Assembly: GCA_016788665.1 (NCBI GenBank)
Contig: JAEUSF010000005.1
Span: forward strand, 13,079-77,078
Source of the DNA: Candidatus Doudnabacteria bacterium
Lineage (GTDB): Bacteria > Patescibacteriota > Doudnabacteria > UBA920
DNA length: 64,000 nt
Direction of reading: 5' to 3'
Positions 9,607-19,785 of this stretch are shown here, in pieces (position 1 is the stretch's first letter; each line of letters starts with the position of its first letter). The notes beneath the pieces were generated by a model, which was not told the DNA's origin, did not search any database, and was given only the letters and a program-made list of their open reading frames with translations. Both the position numbers and the translations under genes were made by a program.

Positions 9607-9718
9607 AATATATTTGTATACAAATATATTACCATAAAATAGTCTTTATTATAATATTTGAAAATAAAAAAACTGCGTGTAAAAAAAACGCAGTTAAGGC
9701 TTCCTATAAACGCACATG

Positions 9719-10150
9719 CTAAGAAACCTTAATTACAGTAAACCGAATACCGGACCGAAGCTCGCTTAGCATAAACGCTTCACCGGTATCGTACCGGAAA
9801 ACGTAACTTTCCGTAGGGCGGTTTACCACGACCACCGTATACCGAGTTTCGTGCTGCCAGATGGCAAGTCTGGCCCCGAGCGGGAATTCCACCGGACAAA
9901 CCCTTGCCCGTTCATCCCACACCGGCCAACCGACCAACTCCCACCACAGTCTCCGCAATAACCCAGGGTTACGGTAACGGCTTTCCCATTTACGGAAAGC
10001 CATGACTTCTTCGTAAGAAGCCAGTACCGCTTCCCCACCTAGGTGGTGGGTTATTAGCTCTTCGCCTGCCAAGGCAAGCCTGCTCTCTTTCATAACACCT
10101 CCGCACAAATTTCCAATCAACAATTTACTACAAAACTCCTTGTACAGCAA
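9719..10150 (-). CDS. hypothetical protein (compositional outlier, about 50% GC)
   Basis: 143 aa. It is flanked by terminator hairpins at about 9670-9700 and 10198-10228. Confidence 0.5.
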   Translation of the reverse strand: MLYKEFCSKLLIGNLCGGVMKESRLALAGEELITHHLGGEAVLASYEEVMAFRKWESRYRNPGLLRRLWWELVGWPVWDERARVCPVEFPLGARLAIWQHETRYTVVVVNRPTESYVFRYDTGEAFMLSELRSGIRFTVIKVS

Positions 10151-10256
10151 GAGCCTGTCTACAAAACAAAATAGTGTTACAATTTTTGCGTAAACAAAAA
10201 GTAGACTTTTTAAGGTCTACTTTTTTAAGTCCCTCGACTTAATTTGAGGAGTCGTA

Positions 10257-10550
10257 TTACCAAACTTTATATATTTCTCTGCTTCCGGAAACATACATTT
10301 CATTCATATCCTTAAACTTTTCCATAACAACCTTCTCTTCCGGAGTCTGCCCCATGGTTTTGGAGTCTTCCTCATAAACCGCCAGGCTTTCAAAATTAGA
10401 AGCCACCACCACACGGTGAAACTGGCCTGTCATGTCTGACATAACATGTACATTTTTCTTAGGCGCCACGCTTGCCCATTCCTTAAAAAGTTTGGCCAAT
10501 TTGGAAGCATTACCTGGCTTACATACAAAAATGTCGTGCACTATTATCAT
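10257..10550 (-). CDS. hypothetical small protein (possible alpha/beta-barrel stress protein)
   Basis: 97-aa ORF with weak resemblance only. Confidence 0.35.
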   Translation of the reverse strand: MIIVHDIFVCKPGNASKLAKLFKEWASVAPKKNVHVMSDMTGQFHRVVVASNFESLAVYEEDSKTMGQTPEEKVVMEKFKDMNEMYVSGSREIYKVW

Positions 10551-10633
10551 ATAACTAATTTATTTTAATTGATCATCGAAGCATTGTACCAGAAAATATA
10601 ATACGTGTCATTCATTTTTTTGTAAGCTTAAAA

Positions 10634-10942
10634 TTACTTTACGCTGACTGACATAGCAAGTACCACCCCTGCAGTCATAACAGCAAAAGTTATAACCGTT
10701 TTCATGAAAAATCTAACTGCCTGTTTTTTTTCTCCGTCTATATAAAGCTGCAAGGGCTGACCCAAAAGCAAAAACCCCATAATAGAAGCGGAGAGTACAA
10801 ACAAGGACAACACGGCTATGGGCGTAAAGAAATTATCCGGGGTATCTGGCTTACCCACATACCGCATAACCAGAGCTACCGCAAAAATATAGACTTGGGC
10901 AAAAATACTATTTAAATACGGGTTTTTAAAAATTTGTTGCAT
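10634..10942 (-). CDS. hypothetical membrane protein
   Basis: 102 aa, 3 TM. Confidence 0.4.
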   Translation of the reverse strand: MQQIFKNPYLNSIFAQVYIFAVALVMRYVGKPDTPDNFFTPIAVLSLFVLSASIMGFLLLGQPLQLYIDGEKKQAVRFFMKTVITFAVMTAGVVLAMSVSVK

Positions 10943-10997
10943 ATTTTTTTATTAATTTTATCAAGCTGGTTGTGAATTTTTTTACAAAACTTTCAAT

Positions 10998-11486
10998 TTA
11001 TATAAATTTTCCAACTCCAAACCCAAGTTGAATAAGTCCCAAAACCAAGCCGCCAGAAACCATAACACCCAATGCCAAAGCGGCTACTGCCCGCCAAAAC
11101 GGTATACCAAATACCACCGCTGCCACAATCCCACTCCATACACCTGTTAAAGGCAAAGGAATCGCAACAAAAACAAACAAGGCAATAACAGCAAGCTTAT
11201 AAGACCCAAAGTGCCCCCCATGCTGCCTGCGGGTTCTTTCAAACAACCAACTTAAAAACTTGTTTATATAGTAAGACTTGCGCATTAGGTATTCGGAAAA
11301 TTTATTTAAGCCAAAAAGCACGGGAATAATTGGAAGACAGTTACCTAACACAGACAGCGCGTAAGCCTCCCAGGTAGGTAAATTATAGTAAAACAGGGCA
11401 AGAGGCAGCGCACCTCTTATTTCAAAAATGGGCAAAGCACCGGTCAAAACCACAGAAAGTTCTTTGTTTAAAATAAATAATTCCAT
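10998..11486 (-). CDS. small multidrug export-like membrane protein (COG2426-like)
   Basis: 162 aa, 4 TM. Confidence 0.45.
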   Translation of the reverse strand: MELFILNKELSVVLTGALPIFEIRGALPLALFYYNLPTWEAYALSVLGNCLPIIPVLFGLNKFSEYLMRKSYYINKFLSWLFERTRRQHGGHFGSYKLAVIALFVFVAIPLPLTGVWSGIVAAVVFGIPFWRAVAALALGVMVSGGLVLGLIQLGFGVGKFI

Positions 11487-11646
11487 AAGATTAATTTTAC
11501 TTAGACAAAATTTTAATAAACCAACCCAACAACAAAATTATACCTAAAGTTAAAAAACATATCCACTTCTGCCACTTGCTATTAAAGAACAAAAAACATC
11601 ATCTTTTAAATAATGATGTTTTTTAAAAATTAAATTAACTGCCTCT

Positions 11647-12132
11647 TTATCTCGCAACACTAATGGTAGCCCCCTGCTCGGCAGCCGGAGCACAGACTTC
11701 CACTCGACCATTATTGTTGCGATGAGCATAATACCCAGTATAATTATCGCCGTTATTACTCGGGTCGTTTGGTATAGAAATTAAATACTTTTCCGCAGTA
11801 GTTAAAACTGACAAATCGGTTAAGTTGGTACAACTGGAAGCGCTGGATTTGCAAATAGAGTTAGAGTCTATACTTGCACAGCTTTCGTTAGTTGAAAGAC
11901 TTGCGGGAAAACTTCCGTTGTTGTCCAAGGCATACTGGTAAATAGCGTTTAAAATGGTATTTACGTCTGTTTTTCTCTGGGCATTTCTACCGTCAGCCAA
12001 CTGCTTTGCCGGATTAACTGCAAATATTACAATTCCTGCCAAAAGAGCAACCAAAGAAATAACCAATAAAATTTCAATTAGAGTAAAGGCGGCGTTATAT
12101 TGACCAAAGAAATTTTTTCTTAAATTTTTCAT
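11647..12132 (-). CDS. type IV pilin / pseudopilin (prepilin-type N-terminus)
   Basis: N-terminal AAFTLIEILLVISLVALLAGIV and a C-terminal Cys-containing region. It is divergent from the pilus operon. Confidence 0.75.
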   Translation of the reverse strand: MKNLRKNFFGQYNAAFTLIEILLVISLVALLAGIVIFAVNPAKQLADGRNAQRKTDVNTILNAIYQYALDNNGSFPASLSTNESCASIDSNSICKSSASSCTNLTDLSVLTTAEKYLISIPNDPSNNGDNYTGYYAHRNNNGRVEVCAPAAEQGATISVAR

Positions 12133-12274
12133 TTTGGACTTTTGGTTTCAAAAGTAGTTATTTATAACAAATGTTTTAAAGATTATAATAAATATTGCAA
12201 AGATTGTCAATTTTATTAAAATTTGATACTATAGAATCAGATGCGCATAGCATTGTCCGTGCCTTTAGAAACAA

Positions 12275-12649
12275 ATGATAAAAAAGCAAAAAAAAATACT
12301 GGTGGCGGAAGATGAGAAACCTTTAGCCAAAGCCCTGAGCCTAAAACTTACCAAAATGGGCTTTCTGGTTTCTAGCGTCTTTAATGGGGCTGAAGCACTT
12401 AAGACACTACAAAAAGAAAAATTTGACTTCATTTTACTAGACTTGATAATGCCGGAAAAAGACGGCTTTAAAGTACTTACCGAGCTTCAAGCTAAGAAAA
12501 ATACTACCCCCGTTGCCGTCCTTTCAAACCTCGGCCAAGAAGAAGATACAAAAAGAGCGAAGTCATTGGGAGCCGTTGCTTATTTTGTAAAATCTGACAC
12601 GCCAATTCAAGACATTGTCAATTTTGTCCAGCAACAATTGGATCTATGA
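12275..12649 (+). CDS. single-domain response regulator receiver (CheY-like)
   Basis: Acidic pocket AEDE, then DFILLDLIMPEKDGF and a conserved K. Its stop overlaps the PilB ATG (ATGA). Confidence 0.85.
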   Translation: MIKKQKKILVAEDEKPLAKALSLKLTKMGFLVSSVFNGAEALKTLQKEKFDFILLDLIMPEKDGFKVLTELQAKKNTTPVAVLSNLGQEEDTKRAKSLGAVAYFVKSDTPIQDIVNFVQQQLDL

Positions 12650-14289
12650 ATATGGAGGGAATAAAACTTAAGGAGATACTGCTTAAGGGTGACTATGTTA
12701 GCAGTGCCGATTTCGCACAAGCAGAAAAATATTCACAGTCGCACCATGCGACCGTTTTGGAGTATTTGCTAAATAGCGGCCTGCTGACAAAAGAACTTTT
12801 AGGACAGGCAATAGCAGAAAATTTTGGGGTGCCTTTCACCGACCTCTCTTCCTCACCCCCCAGCCGCCAACAAGTTGCAAAAATACCAGAACAAATAGCC
12901 CGAGAATACTTAGTAGTACTTGCCAAAGAAGATGAAAAGAAAATTGTAGTTAGCACCAACAATCCAAATAACTCCAAGTTGTTAAAATCTCTAAAAGAAA
13001 TTTTTCCTACAAAAAACATAACAGTTAGTTTTTCTTTTTCAGAAGACATCGAACAATGCTTTTCTTGCTATAATCAACCGCTTGAAGCGCGTTTCGTACG
13101 CATACTCGAACACCATCAGCACATTGCTCCAAAAATTTTAGAGGAGATTTTTAAAGACGCCCTTATTTACCGAGCTTCAGACATCCACTTTGAACCTCGT
13201 GAAAAAGAGGTGCTAACACGTTTTAGAATAGACGGAGTTTTGCAGGAAGTTGGAAAATTACCAATTGCCTACTATGAAAATATACTCAACCGAATAAAAG
13301 TCCAGGCGAGAATGAAAATAGATGAACATTTAAGCGCACAAGACGGGGCTTTGCAGTTTATACAAGACGGAGTGACAATTGACGCACGCGTGTCGGTAGT
13401 TCCAACACTAAACGGGGAAAAAGTGGTAATGCGTCTTTTGTCAGAATACGTAAAAACCTTAAGCTTGTCTGACTTGGGACTTTCAAGTAAAAATTTAAAC
13501 CAGCTCAGCGAATCTGCCAAGCTTCCCTTTGGCATGATTTTAGTTACAGGGCCAACAGGTAGCGGAAAAACCACCACTCTTTATGCCTTACTTAAAACCC
13601 TGGACAATCCGGACATAAATATTACCAGCATAGAAGACCCAGTAGAATACCGGGTTACAAGCATGAACCAAATTCAGGTAAATAGCGCAACAAACCTAAC
13701 TTTTGCCAAAGGCCTCCGCTCCATAGTTAGGCAGGATCCAGATATTATATTGGTTGGGGAAATCCGCGACAAAGATACAGCCGAAGTAGCCGTTAATGCC
13801 GCTCTAACTGGCCACTTACTATTTTCTACCTTTCACGCTAACGACGCGGCCACAGCCATACCGAGACTCATAGACATAGGAGTCGAACCATATCTAGCTG
13901 CCTCGACACTAAACCTTATTATTTCCCAAAGACTACTTAGACGCATTTGTGAAAATTGCCGATTTAGCCAAACAATTTTAAGCAAAACCCTGATCGGAAC
14001 CATAAAAGATTTAAAAAAATATTTTCCTGAAACCAAAACCACTCTCTACAAGGGCAAAGGTTGCTCGGCGTGTAATTTTACCGGCTACAAAGGCCGGATT
14101 GGAATTTTTGAACTAATTATTTTAACCAAAGAGCTGCGTGACCTAATAATAATCTCTCCCTCCAGTCAAGATATTTGGAAACTAGCAAAAAAACAAAATG
14201 CGCGCACACTTTTTGAGGACGGAATAGAAAAAGTCAAAGCCGGTGTTAGCACTTTAGAAGAATTATTAAGAGTATCACCTCCTGCATAA
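12646..14289 (+). CDS. pilB: type IV pilus assembly ATPase PilB/GspE family
   Basis: 547 aa. GspE N-terminal domain, Walker A GPTGSGKTT, and a CxxC...CxxC tetracysteine. Confidence 0.9.
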   Translation: MNMEGIKLKEILLKGDYVSSADFAQAEKYSQSHHATVLEYLLNSGLLTKELLGQAIAENFGVPFTDLSSSPPSRQQVAKIPEQIAREYLVVLAKEDEKKIVVSTNNPNNSKLLKSLKEIFPTKNITVSFSFSEDIEQCFSCYNQPLEARFVRILEHHQHIAPKILEEIFKDALIYRASDIHFEPREKEVLTRFRIDGVLQEVGKLPIAYYENILNRIKVQARMKIDEHLSAQDGALQFIQDGVTIDARVSVVPTLNGEKVVMRLLSEYVKTLSLSDLGLSSKNLNQLSESAKLPFGMILVTGPTGSGKTTTLYALLKTLDNPDINITSIEDPVEYRVTSMNQIQVNSATNLTFAKGLRSIVRQDPDIILVGEIRDKDTAEVAVNAALTGHLLFSTFHANDAATAIPRLIDIGVEPYLAASTLNLIISQRLLRRICENCRFSQTILSKTLIGTIKDLKKYFPETKTTLYKGKGCSACNFTGYKGRIGIFELIILTKELRDLIIISPSSQDIWKLAKKQNARTLFEDGIEKVKAGVSTLEELLRVSPPA

Positions 14290-14302
14290 AAAAGGCGGAG
14301 TC

Positions 14303-15412
14303 ATGAAAACAAACACAGACTTTAAAAATAACTCACGCTCTGAGCCCTGGTTTTTGACTTTAGGAATCGGAAAAGAAAAAGACAGCTTCATAACCGACCT
14401 GTCCATGATGCTGGAAGCCGGGATACCTATAATAGAAGCACTTATTGCTTTAAAAAAACAAACCGCTTCAACACGACTTATAAAAATAATAGAACAACTG
14501 GAAGAAGACATAAGCGGTGGCATGCAAGTATGGCAAGCTTTTTTAAACTCCACTCTATTACCCGAATATGCCATTGCACTTATACGGGTAGGTGAAGAAT
14601 CTGGCCGGTTAAATGACAACCTAAAACTAATTGCCTCTCAAGAACAAAAAGACAAACTTCTAAAACAAAGACTCAGCTCCTCAATGAGCTACCCTATTTT
14701 AGTATTGTCTTTAACTGCAATAATAGGTGTTTCGCTCGCTTGGTTTATTTTACCTCGCCTGGCAGGTGTTTTTGTAAATTTAAAGCTGAAGCTCCCCCTT
14801 CCTACCCGCATGCTTTTGTCTGCGACACATTTTTTAAACAACTGGGGCAGCTTGGCTATTCCAGTTTTTATTTTTACCTTTGCAATTTTTATTTACATAC
14901 TTTTTTTCCAGAAAAAAACCAAGTTTCTAGGCCAAGCACTTTTGCTAAAAACACCGGGCATTCAAACGCTTATTCTGGAAACCGAACTATCACGTTTCAG
15001 CTACTTACTCGCCACCATGCTTCGTTCCGGGATTCCAATAGTTGAATCTTTAGAACTTATTGCCAAATCGGCCAATTTTCGCGTTTACAAAAATATATAT
15101 CTGGCTTTGCGCGACAACTTGGAAGAAGGCAATTCATTCCAAAAGGCCTTTCTCACCTTACCAAAAGCCAAGCAATATTTTCCCCCACACGTTCAGCAAA
15201 TGCTTATATCCGCCGAGCAATCGGGCAAACTTGAAGACACACTTTTTGTTATCGCAAAAAACACGGAAGAAAAAAGTGAAATCAGTACAAAAAATTTAAG
15301 TGTAATTTTAGAGCCGGTGCTTTTGGTGGTTGTATGGCTCGGAGTAGCATTCGTTGCCTTAGCTATAGTACTACCAATTTACAACCTTATAGGCGGACTT
15401 AATACCCCGTAA
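14303..15412 (+). CDS. pilC: type IV pilus platform protein PilC/GspF family
   Basis: 369 aa with two T2SS-F domains and 3 TM. Confidence 0.85.
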   Translation: MKTNTDFKNNSRSEPWFLTLGIGKEKDSFITDLSMMLEAGIPIIEALIALKKQTASTRLIKIIEQLEEDISGGMQVWQAFLNSTLLPEYAIALIRVGEESGRLNDNLKLIASQEQKDKLLKQRLSSSMSYPILVLSLTAIIGVSLAWFILPRLAGVFVNLKLKLPLPTRMLLSATHFLNNWGSLAIPVFIFTFAIFIYILFFQKKTKFLGQALLLKTPGIQTLILETELSRFSYLLATMLRSGIPIVESLELIAKSANFRVYKNIYLALRDNLEEGNSFQKAFLTLPKAKQYFPPHVQQMLISAEQSGKLEDTLFVIAKNTEEKSEISTKNLSVILEPVLLVVVWLGVAFVALAIVLPIYNLIGGLNTP

Positions 15413-15456
15413 TTCTTCCCTCGCCGCCTATTGTTTTAAACAACTATACACAAAAC

Positions 15457-15930
15457 GTGTCACACCAAAAAAAGCAAAACTCTTCCACTAAAACAAAAAA
15501 CCAAGGCGGCCTTACTCTTTTAGAAATTTCGCTGACTTTGTCTTTGGTAGTTTTTATGTTAGGACTGTCTACTCCCCTACTATGGTCAGCTGTAACCCAA
15601 AACGACCTTGATGCTTCTGTGCAAATTACCGTTCATTCACTCAGACGGGCACAAAGTTTGTCCATGTTCATGGCTCAAGATACGCGCTGGGGAGTAAAAC
15701 TAACAGACTCAAAATCTATACTATTTGCCGGCAACAGCTTTGATTCCCGAAACGAGCAAATGGATGAAATATTTGAATTTCCCAAAACCTTAAATTATAA
15801 CGGCCCTACGGAGTTTGTTTTCCAAAAACTTTCCGGCCTGCCAGAAGTGCACGGCAGTCTAATTTTAGGGAACCAGTCAGACCAAAGCAAAACCATAACT
15901 ATTAACCCCCTAGGTGTCATAGAGTACTAA
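15457..15930 (+). CDS. prepilin-type pseudopilin
   Basis: N-terminus GGLTLLEISLTLSLVVF. Confidence 0.65.
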   Translation: MSHQKKQNSSTKTKNQGGLTLLEISLTLSLVVFMLGLSTPLLWSAVTQNDLDASVQITVHSLRRAQSLSMFMAQDTRWGVKLTDSKSILFAGNSFDSRNEQMDEIFEFPKTLNYNGPTEFVFQKLSGLPEVHGSLILGNQSDQSKTITINPLGVIEY

Positions 15931-15933
15931 GCT

Positions 15934-16395
15934 ATGTCCGCAAAAGAACAAGCCGCTACTAAAAATATCTCGACTGCTAAAGAAAATTTAGCGGGATTTT
16001 CTATTTTAGAAATTATTTTATCTTCCGCCCTATTCGCTCTTGTGGCCGGAACTTTAGGCACAACCATAGTTTATAGCCAACAAACAGCGTTAAATTCAAG
16101 TTTACGCCTAAAAGCTGTATTTTTGGCCGAAGAAGGCATAGCTGCCATAAAAAATATTCGCGACGAAAGTTTTTATAATTTAGGAGACGGAACTTACGGG
16201 CTCCAAATAAACAACGGTGTTTGGGAACTAAACAACAGCAACGAACAGGTCGACGGATTTTCCCGTAGTGCACGAATAACATCAAACAGCACTTCAAGCA
16301 AAGACATAACAGTGACCGTTTCCTGGAACAACAACAGCTCAGAAGACTCCAGCATTTCCTTATTCAGCCGCCTGACTAACTGGAAAAACCAGTAA
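15934..16395 (+). CDS. prepilin-type pseudopilin
   Basis: N-terminus AGFSILEIILSSALFALV. Confidence 0.65.
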   Translation: MSAKEQAATKNISTAKENLAGFSILEIILSSALFALVAGTLGTTIVYSQQTALNSSLRLKAVFLAEEGIAAIKNIRDESFYNLGDGTYGLQINNGVWELNNSNEQVDGFSRSARITSNSTSSKDITVTVSWNNNSSEDSSISLFSRLTNWKNQ

Positions 16396-16396
16396 A

Positions 16397-16906
16397 ATGA
16401 AACGACTACGCAAAAATCAAATATATGGCTTCAGTCTTTTGGAAACCTTGTTATACTTAGCGGTTTCGGGCAGCATCTTACTAGCCTCTGTGCAATACAC
16501 AGCATTTATATTCAAAGCCAGAGTAAAGTTTGTAGCCATGTCTGAGGTTCAAGAACAAGGAGGGTTTGTCTTAAAAGTACTTACCCAAGCTTTAAGAAAT
16601 GCCGAAGTTTTAAACGCACCTTCCATAGGTACCAACGGGGACACTTTAACTTTAGCCCCTTACGGCGGAAGTGGCGAAACCATTACTTTTAGATTGAGCG
16701 ATTCTAAAATTTTAAAAAGTGAGGCACTTTCTGACACCCCCTTAACCAACTCTAAAGTCATAGTAACAAACTTAAATTTCTCCAACCTATCAAGAAACAA
16801 CACACCGGCCACGGTACAGATTCATTTTAGATTAGAAACAGTTGGGGGCGGTTCCGAATATACTTACAGTAGTGATTTTTATAGCTCTGCCAGCTTACAA
16901 AAATAA
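16397..16906 (+). CDS. prepilin-type pseudopilin
   Basis: N-terminus YGFSLLETLLYLAVSG. Confidence 0.65.
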   Translation: MKRLRKNQIYGFSLLETLLYLAVSGSILLASVQYTAFIFKARVKFVAMSEVQEQGGFVLKVLTQALRNAEVLNAPSIGTNGDTLTLAPYGGSGETITFRLSDSKILKSEALSDTPLTNSKVIVTNLNFSNLSRNNTPATVQIHFRLETVGGGSEYTYSSDFYSSASLQK

Positions 16907-16910
16907 ATCC

Positions 16911-17327
16911 ATGCAAAATTCCACTCAAAAACAATCTGAAGGCTATATTGTCCTAGGCAGCGTAATAATTTTAAGCGCCATAGGAACAGTTGTTTCAACA
17001 GCCTTACTTCTTTTTAGCCTAAATGCAAGCAATACTAACTTCTCCGCACAAAAGTCAATCCAATCACGAAACCTAGCTGCGGCCTGCGCTGAACAAGCCC
17101 TAGACTCTTTGCGCCAAGACCCCTCGTACACTGGAATTGAAAACAATGCTTTAGAAGAAGGTAGCTGTGAAATCTTAGGCGTTGAGCAAAGCGGAAGTCT
17201 TTACACCATAAAGACACAAGGCAATGCTGACAACACCAGTGGAAAAATCTTAATCCAGGCCGAGCGGCTTACGGCCTCCTCTACCAACATGCAAATAATT
17301 TCATGGCTAGATGTAGCGGATTTTTAA
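16911..17327 (+). CDS. pilus minor subunit-like protein (PilX-like N-terminal TM)
   Basis: The track ORF starts at 16842, overlapping the previous gene. The internal start MQNSTQKQSEGYIVLGSVIILSAIG at 16911 is the likelier one. Confidence 0.45.
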   Translation: MQNSTQKQSEGYIVLGSVIILSAIGTVVSTALLLFSLNASNTNFSAQKSIQSRNLAAACAEQALDSLRQDPSYTGIENNALEEGSCEILGVEQSGSLYTIKTQGNADNTSGKILIQAERLTASSTNMQIISWLDVADF

Positions 17328-17411
17328 CAAAACAAACATTTGTTCCAGAAGCAGGTATGGTTTATAATAACTTAAAGAAAAAACTTTAGAAACAAAATAA
17401 AAAGTTCGTAA

Positions 17412-19745
17412 ATGCCTCCAGTAAATTTCGGTTTAACAAATTTTTTCTCTTTTATTTTTTTTATGAACGCCTTAGGCTCACTGGCGTTAATTTTAGTATT
17501 ATCGAGTAAAAAGAGAAACCAAAGCGTTAACTGGCTTAGAGCACTTATTATGTCGGTTGGCCTAAATACCATTGCCCAGTTTTTCCTAACTTTTACAACC
17601 GACCCTTTAAGATACGTAGTGCTACAGAAAATTGGTTATTTAGCCTTACTTATGATAGTGCCGAGCTATATAAACTTTGCGTATGCTTATGTTGGTAGAG
17701 AAAAAACCATAAAAAATTTGCTGTTCGTACTCTTCCTAAGCAGTAGCTTTTTTCTTATTTTATTTGTCTGGTGGAATACAAACTTAATAGCCATTTTTGA
17801 CTACGAGCGCGCGTTATGGAGCTACTGGGGCCCCGTTACCCCGCCCGGGCGTTTGCAAATTTTAGTTGTTCTTTATTTTACATACTATTTTATACATGGC
17901 ACCCGCTTACTAATTAAGCATTATCTTAAACAAACAGTTTCGGAAGAAAAAAAACAAACACTGCTTATTGTTATAGCTTGTGCACTACCTTTTTCAGCAG
18001 GACTTTTATTCCAAGGCATACTACCACTTTTTGGAGCCACCCCCTTTCCTGGTGTTTCGTTTTTATTCAATATTACATGCGTTGTTATCGCTTACGCTAT
18101 ATACAAGCATAAGCTCTTCTATATTAGCCACGAAGCCTTAGCAGAAAATTTACGGAGCGCCCTGCCCTCGGCAATGTTCGTGGTTGACGAAAGCGGAACT
18201 ATCTTGCTTTCCAATCCTGCCATAGTTCAGTTCGGAGAAAAAGAAACCGACGTGGTCGGCCGTCCAGTTAGCGACTTTTTGCAAACCAGTCCAAACCTTG
18301 TTAAATTTTTATCCGAAAAAAATAAAACTAAATTCAGGGAAGAGTCAACTTTTATAAGAAATGGAAACCCAATTGTACCTATTGAACTAATTGCGTCCGA
18401 CATGATTGAAGACGACGGAAAAAAAATAGGCACAATTTTAGTCTTTAACGACTGGAGCTACGTAAAATACAGTATCCGCAACATGGAACACAACTTCTCG
18501 GTAATTCAGGAACAAAATAAAAGCCTGGAAGAAAACAAGCTTGCCACCATGAAGCTGATGAGAGAACTTGAACTGGAAAAAAAGAAAGTGGAAGAAAAAG
18601 TCGAAAAGCGCACCAGGGAACTAAGAAACCAAAGCGCTGCCTTAGAAGCACAAAACCGCATAATGGACTTTTTCATTCGCTACTTGCCTATTGGAGCCAT
18701 ACTCATAAATGTAGAGACAGGTTACATTAATATAGCCAATGACTTAGCTTTTGTACTCTTCGACCTTCCACCCGACGCCTTAAGACGCAAAAAAAACTAT
18801 TATGACCTGGTTACCGTATATAAAGAGGATGGCAGCGCTTATGCAAAAGAAGAACGCCCTCTGTACAAAGCAATCAATGAGAAGCACATGTTAACTGACC
18901 AGGTATTTTTCCATTATTCAAGCGGCAAAATTTCCCCTTTGCGAGTTTACGTCGCTCCCGTGCCGGATTTTGAAGGAAAAATTACGTCAGCCATTATACT
19001 TATTGAAGACATAAACAAGGAATACCAAATAGACAAAGCAAAAACTGAATTCGTTTCCCTAGCCAGCCACCAACTCAGAACCCCCCTGTCTTCTATAAAC
19101 TGGTATACTGAAATGCTTATAAGTGGCGACGCCGGAAAACTAACTGCCCAACAAAAGGAATTTTTGTCGGAAATTTATATTAGCAGTCGGCGAATGGCTG
19201 AGTTAGTTACCACGCTTTTGAATGTATCACGCATGGAACTAGGAACTTTTGACGTAACTCCCGAAGAGTTAAGTATGCCAGAAATTATAGACAAAGAAAT
19301 TGAATTCTTAACCTTGCAACTTAAAAATAAACGCTTAAATTTACGCTCAAATTACGAAAGCAGGCTACCAAAAGTTAAAGTAGACCCTAAAATAATTTCC
19401 ATAATCCTGCAAAACTTTTTAACCAATGCCATAAAGTACACTCCGGAAGGCGGAAAAATTGCAGTAAAAGTTAGCCAAAAAAAAGAACCGGGAGACACTA
19501 TTATTTCCGTTTCCGACTCTGGTTTTGGAATTCCACAAGACCAACAAGAAAAAATATTTTCCAAAATGTTCCGTGCCGCAAATATTCGCTCTAAGTCAAC
19601 CGAAGGGAACGGGCTTGGGCTTTACATGGTTAAAATGATGGCGGAAAAAACCGGCTGTAAGGTGTGGTTTGAATCGAGGGAAAATAAAGGTTCTGTTTTT
19701 TACTTTTCCATTCCCCAAACTGGCATGAAAAAAACAAGTAGTTAA
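17412..19745 (+). CDS. sensor histidine kinase (multi-TM N-terminal sensor, PAS, HisKA, HATPase_c)
   Basis: 777 aa. H-box SHQLRTPLSSINWY, N-box NFLTNAIKYT, G1 DSGFGIP and G2 GNGLGLYMVK are all present. Confidence 0.9.
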   Translation: MPPVNFGLTNFFSFIFFMNALGSLALILVLSSKKRNQSVNWLRALIMSVGLNTIAQFFLTFTTDPLRYVVLQKIGYLALLMIVPSYINFAYAYVGREKTIKNLLFVLFLSSSFFLILFVWWNTNLIAIFDYERALWSYWGPVTPPGRLQILVVLYFTYYFIHGTRLLIKHYLKQTVSEEKKQTLLIVIACALPFSAGLLFQGILPLFGATPFPGVSFLFNITCVVIAYAIYKHKLFYISHEALAENLRSALPSAMFVVDESGTILLSNPAIVQFGEKETDVVGRPVSDFLQTSPNLVKFLSEKNKTKFREESTFIRNGNPIVPIELIASDMIEDDGKKIGTILVFNDWSYVKYSIRNMEHNFSVIQEQNKSLEENKLATMKLMRELELEKKKVEEKVEKRTRELRNQSAALEAQNRIMDFFIRYLPIGAILINVETGYINIANDLAFVLFDLPPDALRRKKNYYDLVTVYKEDGSAYAKEERPLYKAINEKHMLTDQVFFHYSSGKISPLRVYVAPVPDFEGKITSAIILIEDINKEYQIDKAKTEFVSLASHQLRTPLSSINWYTEMLISGDAGKLTAQQKEFLSEIYISSRRMAELVTTLLNVSRMELGTFDVTPEELSMPEIIDKEIEFLTLQLKNKRLNLRSNYESRLPKVKVDPKIISIILQNFLTNAIKYTPEGGKIAVKVSQKKEPGDTIISVSDSGFGIPQDQQEKIFSKMFRAANIRSKSTEGNGLGLYMVKMMAEKTGCKVWFESRENKGSVFYFSIPQTGMKKTSS

Positions 19746-19785
19746 AGCAGAAAAGGCGCCTTAATTCACTACAAGAGTCTTTGGT

